The position numbers and the translations under genes were made by a program. A stretch of 64,000 nt of DNA, taken from NCBI GenBank assembly GCA_965178125.1, contig OZ237772.1, forward strand, positions 248,001 to 312,000, read 5' to 3'. This stretch comes from Bilabrum cf. latius (taxonomy: Eukaryota). The notes under the pieces were generated by a model that was not told where the DNA came from, did no database searches, and saw nothing but the letters and a program-made list of their open reading frames with translations. Positions 23,196 to 33,800 of the stretch are shown one piece after another (position 1 is the first letter of the stretch; each line of letters starts with the position of its first letter).

Positions 23196-23929
23196 AAATT
23201 CAATACACCTACGCGCCCAGAATTGCGGAAATATATCTTAAATAGCTATAATATTACCGCAATTTCGGGCGGTCATATCTTAAGACTAGTTTATTACTTT
23301 CGCCAAAAAATATCCACTATATATATAGTAATGTCAGATTATTTAGACTTCCATTTAATTAAACAAGTTGATGATATATGTTTCACTGGTGTTGAATTCT
23401 ATTAGGGATATCGAATAACTCAAGGTGAACAGCTTAAACAACTTAATTACTTATTCGTAGATAACAAAAAGGATATTGATAAGTTTGTATCTATTTCATT
23501 TGTAAAAGAAGCAGATAAGGATGAGTTTGAGCTATTACTGGTTAATGAAAATGGAAAATTAGAAGACGACACAGATATATTTAAAACAGAGAGAGACCTT
23601 ATTAAGTACTTGAAAGAAATAGATTTAAACAAAAAAGACTATTCAAATGATGATGTTATGTTGTCAACATTTCCAATTATAATGATGAGCATACGAGATC
23701 TAGTAATCAATAGCAATATTGGTTCAATTGAGAGTATCAAAAAAGGTGATACAGATCAATTTGACCACTTGAAAGATAACTAAATAAATTCAATACACGT
23801 ACGCGCCCAGAATTGCGGAAATATATCTTAAATAGCTATAATATTACCGCAATTTCGGGCGGTCATATCTTAAGACTAGTTTATTACTTTCGCCAAAAAA
23901 TATCCACTATATATATAGTAATGTCAGAT
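23196..23929 (+). repeat. ~144-bp direct repeat (23196-23339 and 23786-23929): palindrome + promoter + ATGTCAGAT
   Basis: Near-identical blocks precede two otherwise unrelated ORFs, both starting MSD. Confidence 0.9.
23331..23783 (+). CDS. Viral hypothetical protein (150 aa)
   Basis: Promoter motif, one TAG, TAA stop. Confidence 0.7.
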
Positions 23930-24271
23930 AAAGAAGATATCAAAATTGAACTATCTCAAAATTTTATAGATGAATGTCTTGTTAAAGGTGTAGGTGTCGA
24001 TGATGTAGTCAGTAGTATAGGTAAAAGTATTGAGAATCACTTTGATAAATATGTATGGATGAAACCAAAAGACAAAGGTGATGGTTATCGTTAGAATGTC
24101 TTTAGTTTTAAATTCGACAATATTATCAAGAAACTCGAAAGTACATTGGAACAGTTAGAATATGAAGAGCAAGTGAAACACGTCTAGGAGCTGATGTATC
24201 GTGTTGAAAGAAGTGAATGTGAAAGGAAGAAGAGAGAAGAAAAAATTAAAAAGACAAAAAGAGACCACTAA
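23921..24271 (+). CDS. Viral hypothetical protein (116 aa)
   Basis: Promoter motif, two TAG, TAA stop. Confidence 0.7.
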
Positions 24272-24333
24272 GTCATTTTATATAAGGTATGTATTATTAA
24301 GTCTTATTAAGTTTTTTATTAATAAGTCATAAT

Positions 24334-27132
24334 TTAATTTTGTTGTTCTAGTGGATCATTATCCTCATCAACAAATAAAGCGGGGTCTAAGTCAACCTCT
24401 ATCTCTTCATCGGGTAATTGAACCTCTTCATCATCAACAAATATATCTACTTCACGAGTCTTTTTCTTGTTAGACCAGATATATTCCATCTCATCAATAA
24501 TATCCTAATTAAATTCTACATCATAGTTAATTTTCTTTTTCTTACAAGTCATAAATATGTCTTTCCCAAACATTGATTTATATACTTTAAGTATTTCGTA
24601 ATAAAGACCTTTATCAGTGGATAAGTCAACTTTACTTCTTCTTTGGCAGTCATACACTGTCCTATATTCATCTGTTAAGTCTTGATCTAATACTTTCTTT
24701 TTGATATTATAATCAAGATTAGTTCTTTTAAGACCTAAAGTATCAATCATCTTATTAAGTAAGACTAATTTTCTAGAACTAGACTTAGCATTGATAATAT
24801 CAAACTCGCCTTTATTAATTGCTTTCACAAGTAAGTGCTTATCATCTTGTCTAAAGAATTTATTGAAATTAAATAAATTAGATAACTTACCTTTATTAAT
24901 AAAGTACTCTTTGTATTTGTCAATATCACCTTCATCTAAGTCTAAATATTTATTAATCTTCTTGACATTAAGACAATTAATATCAAAATTTTCAAGTTGT
25001 TTTTCTTTAATGGTATCTTTGATTTCTTTATCCTTACATCTGGTGATCTTAACAGATAAATCATAAGACACGTCATAACCGGTATCAATTAACTACTTGA
25101 TCATATGTAATTTAGGGTTTGTCTTATAACAATCTACCTTGTAAAGATAATTACGATATAGTTTTTTGAATATGATTTTAACTTTGCTCATTTCTTCTTC
25201 TACTTTGTCTTCTACTTCTACCTCGTTGAAGTCGGGATATGTATCACTGACAAATTTAACTAATTCTTCGTAGTCTTTTAAAGAGGTAGCCATAAAAGAT
25301 TTAACTTGTGAAAGACTTTCATATGTGCTAGATCGTCCTTTCTAGTAATCAAAAAATATAGTGATATGTGATGGGTTTCTACATCTGTTAAGCTATTGAA
25401 CCATTTGGGGAGGTGTGATAGTATGACCTTTGAAATAACCAAAGACTGGTCTAGTCATAGTGCTATCTATCCCGTAAATGACTTTAGGTGAGAAGATAAT
25501 GATATCAAACAAATCCATATCATAGTCTTTGTCTTCGCTTTCTGCTGTAAGTATTAAGATTTTATTTAATTTCTTATCTTTCTCGTTTTCTATTATTTTA
25601 AGACTAATTAACTCATTGATTATATCAGCTTTTGTCTTACTATCACTAGCAAGCATAAATTTCTTGTGTTTCATTAACTCATCTCTAAAAGTCTGTTCGT
25701 CATTAACAAATACAGTTTTGGTGCCCTTGAACCTGTTTCTGTCATTCCTAATATATTGATAATCTAATTTTAATAATTCTAAGAAATATAGAGCATCTTG
25801 AGATAAGTCAGCATCTGCTACTATGAACTACTTACAAGTGGTAAGAGCACGAATAAGAGTAATGAAACTCATTGGTCGCCTACCATATAAAGTCGTAGAA
25901 CTTAAACAGTGTTCTAAGATACTATTAAACTCATCTAAAAAGACAATATAATCCTTAAAGTTATAATTGCTAAGACTAACAATACTTTCAGGAGTAATAA
26001 CAATACTATCACCCTATTTGTATTTATGGTCTTGATAGAATTTAGTTGATTTTGGAAGACTACGCATCTATTGCTTACCTAATAAAATACGACTAACAAC
26101 TGATAAAAAGCTGTCATCTACTCTATTAAATAAATCATTAGCAGCAGTTGTCTTTCCAGAACCAGCCCCCGACTTAACGGCATAGTTGATACCTTTCTTA
26201 AAGAATTTAATATAACGACCTTTGTCGTCAGCAGTCAAATATCTACGGTCAATCTTCTAATTGACTTTCTTGACTACTTTATTCTTGAATATCTTGTATC
26301 GATAATATAGGCTAAGTCGTTTCTTTTCACTATCTAACTAATTAAAGAACCATTCAACACATTGAAAAGTGGAATTTTGTAATAATCGAGTAAAAATTAT
26401 CTTGTTCTTAGTCGACTAATAGCTTTCTACGTCTTGTTTGCTCCATTCATCAAATATATCATATACCTTATTACCATCTACTGGATTTAAGTATTTAGCG
26501 ATATAACTTGTAGCTCTACAAACTAGATGCCAGTTATATGAATTAGAATAATACTCTTTACCTAATTGATATAAGTATTGTTTGTATTCTTCGGGTTTAA
26601 TCATATAACGGTAGTCTTCAGCTGTAAGTTGTGGTGAATAGATATTTTGTAGTATGAACATCTTGACGTCAGTTGGTATTCTTTTCACGGATGTCTTTTG
26701 TATTAGTTCGTATTTCTTACCGTTGATAGAGCTAGGAGGACACATGATAAAGCTATCATTTGTGATCACATCTATATGTTCTTTTCTATTTACTGACCTC
26801 TTACTAAACTCTTCTTCATACTTAAAATACAAATGATATCCATTGGGAGACTTGACAGTGTAAGTATTCATCTCTTGAATAAACTTATCAACACTACCAT
26901 ATTCCGCAATAAACTTACCATTTTGAAATTCAGTTTTATTTTTCTCTTTTTCACAATCTAAGTCAAGGACAAAGAAACCTGCACGTCTTCCAGTAAGTAA
27001 TCCAACATTAAGATTTGACTTTCTGGTGATAAGTTTAGTAGATTCCAAATTCTACCAAGACTTAATAAGTGGTTGTTTAGAGTTGTGAGCTATTGAGAAA
27101 TAAACAGGGTTAGATATGTGTTCGGTCGTCAT
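24334..27132 (-). CDS. Prim-Pol primase/polymerase + PriCT + SF2 (origin-binding-protein-like) helicase fusion (932 aa)
   Basis: SKQPLIKSW(Q), NVGLLTG, FVLDLD, SPNGYHLYF; FDEWSK; KSGAGSGKTT, VVSRILL, FLDEFNS, ADADLS, SPKVIYGID, MVQ(Q)LNRCR; single frame to TAA. Confidence 0.88.
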
Positions 27133-27162
27133 TCTAGTATATACTATACTAAAGATAATTTT

Positions 27163-27375
27163 TTAAGTCATTTTCTAGACGCACTATTTTGGCTTAAAGG
27201 ATTGAGATGGATTTTCGCGCACAACTAGAGTATTTTTAAATTTTTCAATTTCTGCTGGGGATTTCCCGATTAGTAAATAACTTATAGTCTCTTGAAACTC
27301 TATTGGTAAGTCTTGTAATTGATGTATTGGTTTATTGATAACTTGATTATTTGATTTGGTATCTATTAAATCCAT
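27163..27375 (-). CDS. Small viral hypothetical protein (70 aa)
   Basis: ATG in AT-rich context; reads through two TAG to TAA. Confidence 0.5.
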
Positions 27376-27407
27376 TATTAATAATACTATAATAATAGAA
27401 TATATTT

Positions 27408-27617
27408 TTAAGTCTTATTTAATCCTTCTGTATCTGGTTCATCCTTAACCTGTTTTCTCTTCTAATAGTACCCCTTCCATTTCTCTTGATTCTTTTGGTA
27501 ATATTTCTATTTAGCTTTTTTAATAGCTTCTTTCTTTTTGGTCTCCTATTCCTTGAGTCTTTGATAATCTTCCATAATGTCTTGAACCTATTTTAATACA
27601 TCTTTAATATCTGGCAT
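27408..27617 (-). CDS. Small Lys/Gln-rich helical viral protein (69 aa)
   Basis: MPDIKDVLK(Q)...KYYQKNQEKWKGYY; four TAG; TAA stop. Confidence 0.6.
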
Positions 27618-27677
27618 TACTATAGTAATATACTAGATAAATCTTTAAGTTTTTAAAACTAGAAAATGACTTAAAAT

Positions 27678-29182
27678 AAGTGGTATGAGTTAGTGAATAT
27701 GTAAAATTGAATACGGGTGAGCGCCCAGAATTGCAAACATAATTTTCTTGATACTTATATATTTCCGCAATTTGGGGCGGTCATATCTGGAGATACAATT
27801 TGGGGCGGTCATATTTATTATTAGTTATTTTAAAATATCTCGTCAAGTGGTTAAGTCTTTTTGTGATATCCCGTTAAGTGGTCAATAAAATGAACGGTAA
27901 GTCAAAAAAATTAATCAAAATAAAGAAGTAGTTGATTATTAATTATTGAAGACACCTACGCGCCCAGAATTGCGACAATATCTCTTAATATCCTAATATA
28001 TTTCCGCAATTTCGGGCCGTCATTTCTGGACATTTAATATAGCACATACTAGAAATATCTTTATTACAAAATTACACCTCTATAAGATAACTATGTCAAA
28101 ATTAACAAAATATAAAACTCAATACACCTACGCGCCCAGAATTGCGACAATATATCTTAATATCCTAATATATTACCGCAATTTCGGGCGCTAGTATTAT
28201 ACTATACCATATTTTATTATCCTATATTTTCCATTTAATCTAGTGATTAATCATTTCAAAGTAATACACTTGACATAAACCAGTTCATTGAGTCATTTTA
28301 AAGTCATCGTCAAAACATTTATCATTTTTAAGTTATCCCGCTTTGTATTCCTTTATATCATATACTCAAACAAAGGACTTTAACATATTTAAAGAATTAT
28401 GAAAAATAAAAATCAATACACCTACGCGCCCAGAATTGCAGAAATATATCTTGAATAGCTATAATATTACCGCAATTTCGGGCGATAGATAAAAGAATGT
28501 ATTTTTAAGGGGATACCCTTATATTTGAAGTTTTGAAGAGATGACATATAAAAGACTTTATAAAGTGATTAATATCTCCTTCTAGTTATATTTAAATATT
28601 CAATTATTTAAGTATAGATTGACAAGTAATAAAAAAAGAGATAAATTAAGTTGATATATTAGTTTAGTTTTATTTATTAATTTAAATTTTTCATTGGAAG
28701 TATTAAAAAGACTTTAATACTTCTGTCAATCTCTTTAAGTATTTATTTAGTTATTTTCTAAAGTGGTAAATGTCAATTGATACTTAAAACCAAATCATAA
28801 TATAAAACTCAATACACCTACGCGCCCAGAATTGCGAACATATATTCTTAAATGACTATATATTTCCGCAATTTCGGGCGGGCATATCCTAAGACTTAGG
28901 CTAGGGATTCACTCAACAGATTAAGTAAAGTAAAGGTCTAACAGATAGACATTAACGGCGCGAAGGTATTAAATTAGGTAGATATATGAATAAATAGCTA
29001 TTAAATTATTATGTTCAAGTGAAGGACATTATGAAGGACTACGGCTTAAGATGTTGTGAAGTGGTTAATATTGACCTCTTATGTTATCCGCCAAAATGTG
29101 TGTAGTTTTTATATAAGTAAACTCTATTTCTACTATATAGTAGAAATAGAGTTATCATAACTCCACATTTTGGCGGATAACA
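27678..29182 (-). repeat. Right terminal inverted repeat (1505 bp)
   Basis: Reverse complement of the left TIR; lacks one 28-bp tandem unit. Confidence 0.92.
29082..29182. other. Right terminal 101-bp imperfect hairpin, identical on the + strand to 4372-4472
   Basis: Direct comparison of the two sequences. Confidence 0.92.
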
Positions 29183-29187
29183 CAGCG
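29183..29187 (+). repeat. Target site duplication, right copy (CAGCG)
   Basis: Matches 4367-4371. Confidence 0.9.
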
Positions 29188-30536
29188 GAGAGAGGGACGG
29201 TGTGTGCGCCTCTGCCATCCAAGGCATCGCCGTCGTGGACCTGTTCTGTGCGCAAGGGACGGACGGTGGATTCTGTCTGGAGGAAGTTGCAACCGTTGCA
29301 TCGCTGCTGAACGAGTCGCACCCTGCCCCGGCCAAGGTTGGTGAGTCCGTTGAGGCGCTGTGCGGGCCCCCTGGTACCACCGGAGGCTCCTGCTTCCAAT
29401 AGCTCAGCAGGGGTCAGCAGGATATTTACGGCCTAATGGAAGAACTTCTTACGATTGATAACCCGTGGGGAGACACCGACGATCAGTACCCCTTCGACGA
29501 CGATCTCGCCGCAATGGGAGACGATGATGACGAGCTTCCTGAGAACCCGCTGCAGCTGGCGCAGCCCACCATCCGGGGACTGAACCTATTCTGCAACAGA
29601 GTCGAAACGCCCCCGCTGTCACCCAAGCAGCCGTACTGCATCGTGCATTTGATCGAGAACACGACGGTTTTTCACAGCGACGATGACGCCCAGCCTGTCC
29701 CGTCGCACATCGTTGAAGAACTGGCCGACCCTTGCGCTAGGTCCTTCTTCAGCACTGTTTCAGGCACAGACCCCGTGGCGGTGGGTCTGTCTGCGTACGG
29801 CAACGGGAAGAAGGCCGATAACAACTTGCAGTGCGGTGTACTGACCGGCTTTGGTGAAGTCGCGACGAATCTGACCGATTTTTGCGCGAGCGAAGAGGGC
29901 GGCAAATCGACTGTATTCAACGTGCTGATCCCCGACGGGCAGCAGCCCACGTGCGACCCCGCGTGCGCAGAAGCCGTCGCAGCCACCATGAACAGCCTAG
30001 GCTGCTGCGGGCAGGAATCCCTATTTGAGTCTTGGTACCTCGGTGCAGTCCCAGCAGGGAGCATTCCGTCGCAGGTGCGGCCGCCGATGGACGCCTGGAT
30101 CTACCGGATTGCCACCACCTGCACGCTGGACGTAGGCCAGTTCCACCACACGTGCGGTTTCGGCAAGCCGGGGACGGTCGCATCCGCTGACATCGTCCTT
30201 GGCAACGTGAAGCCCGGCCTAGGAAGCCTCAACGCAACAGAGCGCGAGCAGCTGATGCTGCGACTGACGGTGCATGTGGAGAGGACTGTCGGTGCTCCAG
30301 CAGGTGCCTGCAAGGCAACAGCAGCGGCCGAAGAGCTTTCGCCCGGTTCCGCTGGCGTCAGCATCCCGATCAACTGCCAGTTTGAGGACGAAGGGGCGGC
30401 GCGGGCAGCCGAGTCGCTGCTCCTGAATTCGCCCCCTACCGCACGTGCAGCCTGCAAGTACCTCGAGCGCCGAGCTGAGAAGGCTTTGAGGAAGGCTGAC
30501 TAGCCCGTGGCCGTGTACTTCAAGCCGTCCAAGTGA
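29188..30536 (+). pseudogene. 3' part of the interrupted host Cys-rich protein gene
   Basis: ORFs 29202 and 29436 are in one frame through TAG 29400; reads through TAG 30501 to TGA 30534; repeated C...FC and LGCC patterns. Confidence 0.75.
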
Positions 30537-30843
30537 GTCTTTGGCAACTAGGTAGCTAAGTGGCCAGTGCTACCCTACGTAGCCCTACAGCCCTGTGGGT
30601 AGTGAAGAGATTCATTTTATCCATATCTGTAGAGCTGTTGCTGTCTGGCATCAATAGCCGGGGTCTACGGATCTGGGTGCACCGTGGTTGACCATGTGGA
30701 TTATTCTGCTCTTCGCGAAAATGCTTTTGTTCCGAACTTCAGATTTGCAAACTATGTGCCAAAGGGAGCTCACAACACTGGACAGCTGGACCCCAGGTTG
30801 TCCTGGGTCCGACTCAGGCTCAAGCAACGAGCGATCCATCGGA

Positions 30844-33800
30844 TTACCCCCTTCTGCCAGCCGCAGCGTCCGTTTCCTGCCCCTCTGCTGCCCCCAGCTG
30901 CTATGCAGCCTTCTCAATGTTGCTGGCGAACTCGCTCACGACCACTCGCCAATCCGACTTCTTGCGCTTCATGGCGGGACGCCCGCCGCTTCCAGCACCG
31001 CCTGCACCCGATCTGCGGCCATCAGTGCCCTTGGATCTGCTGCTGCGGTCCCGGTCCCGGTCCCGGTCCCTGCCACGTCTCTCCTGCATGTCTACAGCGC
31101 GTTCTGCAAGAGACACCAGCCCTGGCCGCTCCACCGGCTTACGGCCCGGCCTGCCCGCCGCATGTCTGGATGGCATGTCTCTCGCTGTCGAGTCACGGCT
31201 GCCCCGCCGCGCGTATCCTGGTGGCCCGAGCCGGGCCCCGCCACCGACTCGGCGGCCGGCCGACTGCTCCTGGGCCCGTTGGCTCTCGCCCCTGCGTCCT
31301 CCTCGTCCACCTGCAGCGGTACTCGACTGGGCCCCTCCTCGTTGTGTTCCCGCCGGCGGTCTCCTGTGGCCTGGTCGCGGCAGCCTGAGCGGTTCCTGAT
31401 CCTCCTCCTCCTCCCCCTCTGCTGCTGCCGCTGCCTCGGCGCTGTGCTTGCTACGCATTGAGAAGCTCCTCGGCAGGTGCTCTGCTTGGGCCCTTGCTGC
31501 TGCCTTGCTGAGGTTCGGGTCAGACCGGTTGTGCGCGTGGTCACGACCCACTGCCATGATTACCACATCGTCACCGTCTTCCACCAGCTTGCGCCGCAGA
31601 GGCACGCCGTATTTCTCCATGCGCGGGTGCGGATACCCGGAGCTACCAACGTCAGAACCCCGGCTGCCGCTGCCCTCCATCCGCGGGGGGTCACCACCGT
31701 CCTAATACGGGCTGCGGGTGCCGGACAGCCGTCCGCCGAGAATGTCTGCCCCCGGGCTGTGCGGGGAAGAGGAAGACGGATGCTGGTGATACTGGTGCTG
31801 ATGAAGGGGATGAAGAGACCCTAGGTGCTTGTCAATTGGGGGTGTCAGTGCGCTGCCCAGACTTCCAGATGGACTCGCGCTTGATGGGCCCGACCTGTCG
31901 TTGAGTTTGGATGCCGCGCGTGGCGCGTGCTGCTGCTTGCTCTTGTGGTGTCCACCAGTCTCGTCTACCACCATGGCCACCGGCCTGCCGAGCTGCTTGG
32001 GGCTGCCATCACGCCGCTGGGCAAGTGTGAGGATCTGTGGCCCCGGTGAGGTGGCGTGCAGCCGGTGCTTGTCATGGTGATACCCCGAAGAAGGCGTCCC
32101 GTCAGGTGGCGTGATCTCGCCGTCGCTGGGTAAACCGTCCTTGTCGCCGATTTGCTACCTCCGTGGTGTCGTTGCCATCATCTTGGCGGAGGTTTGAAGC
32201 TCGTGCAGCTGAAGCCTAAGCTGGGCGATCAGCCGGTCCTTGGCAGCGATCTCCCTGTCGTGCGCCCGCCGGACCGCCTCTAAATCGGCCAACGCGCTCC
32301 GCAGTTTCTGCTGCAGCTCACGCTCAGCTGCCTCTGATGTCCGCAGAGCATCGCTCAGCTGCTGCACTCTTTGGCTCTCATCCGAGGTGGAACGCCTTGC
32401 GTCAGAAAGCCTGGCTTGGAGTGCTAGGTTCTCCTCCTCTCTGGCATCCAGGGTCCGTTGCGCGCTGTCAAGGCGTTTCCTCAAGTCAGCGATCGCGCCG
32501 TCCTATGCGCTGCTCCTCTTCCTCAGCTCGTCAGCGATGACCATTTGCTCGGATAGAGAGGCACGCAACCTGTCGGCCTCGCCGGCAGTCTCTTGCTTGG
32601 ACTCGCTCGCAGCTGCCACCCGCTGCTGCTCGTGCGCTAGCCGCTGCTGCAAGTCTTGCGCCGACTCGCGCGCAGCTTCCAGGGCAGTCTCTGCAGCGTC
32701 CCTGGCCAGCTTGGTCTTGCGAAGTTCTTCCGCATGCCCGTCTCGCTGGCGGTCCGCCTCTTCCCTAAGCCTCTTCTGCGCGTCGCGAAGCGCCCTGACC
32801 TCTGCTTCGGTGGTGGCAAGCCTCCGTTCGAGGGCGGTCTTCGCGTCCATCACGCGCTGCATGTCCTCGTGAGCTCGCTCCGCGGATCCGCCTACCGCAG
32901 CTTCGCGGGCGCGAGCCTGCTCCGCCTCGCTTCGCACCGCGTTCAGCTCGACGCTAAGCCGAGCAGCCCGCTCCCGTGCAGCGGCGTGATCGGTCCGAAG
33001 TCTGGCGAGATCGGAGGAGGATGCCTCCAGCTACCGTTCGAATGCCTCTGCGCGCTGCTCCATGGAAGCCACCTCTCTGCTGAGCTGCTCTGACTCCTTG
33101 CGAGCTGCATCGGCATGTGCCCGAGCTGTGGCTGCTTCCTCCCGGGCTCGCTGCATGTCGATCTGAAGGCCGTCTGCCCGCGCAGCCAGCAGCCGCTTCG
33201 CCTCGATCGAGTCGGACAGCTGCTTGTTCAGTTCCTCCACACGGGCGCTCAGCTCCGCCCGCCGAGCATCCACGCTGGCCAGCTCATCGGCTGCCTTGGA
33301 TTCAGACTCCTGCAGCCGCCTGCGACCCTCTGCTTCCGCTGCCCGAGTGGCCTCGTTCCGTTTCTCAGCTTCCTGCTCCCACTCGCGGAGCCTTACCTCC
33401 TGTCGCCCCAGCTGGGATCTCGCCTCCTCAAGCTCGCTCGTGAGTCGGTCAACGGCTACTTTCTGCTCGTCCACATCAGCCAAGGCCTTGTCGAGCTGCT
33501 TCTGCAGCTCCCTTTCCGCCTCTGCTTTCTTTCTCTGGGCATCCATGCCCTGCTCCCGAGCATCATCGGCCTCCTGCTGCCACCTCTGCGTCTCGGCTGT
33601 GGCCGTTTCCGTTGCTGCATTTGCTGCCTGCAGCTGTCGCTCCAGAGTACTGATCTTGTTTTCCAGTGCAGATGCATTGTCCGCAAGCACCCCCGACTCC
33701 GCCTGGTGTCGAGCAAGAGCTGCAGACCTCTCTGTGCGTGCTTGCGACAGCTCAGTTCTCAGCTTGGAGGCATCGTCCAGTGCCTTGTCCAGCCGCTCCC

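Larger units (their letters stand above)
4674..28880. repeat. Dispersed family of ~22 imperfect palindromes CGCCC(C/G)AAATTGCG-N30-YGCAATTCTGGGCG plus tail CGTAGGYGTATTGA
   Basis: Forward copies near 4674, 5070, 5364, 5537, 5803, 9254, 10906, 11337, 12932; reverse copies near 6515, 16514, 16640, 19094, 19264, 22284, 23200, 23790, 27708, 27951, 28119, 28413, 28809. Confidence 0.9.
4372..29182. mobile_element. Endogenous virophage / Polinton-like virus (integrated, full length)
   Basis: Sharp drop in GC, TG...CA termini, 5-bp TSD, ~1.5-kb TIRs, rve integrase plus ATPase-protease-penton-MCP morphogenesis module. Confidence 0.95.

Noticed and set aside
6104-27617. Interpretation of viral genes as decayed pseudogenes
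   Set aside because: Interruptions are TAG only, with no frameshifts or internal TAA/TGA apart from the two insertions; TAG occupies Gln positions
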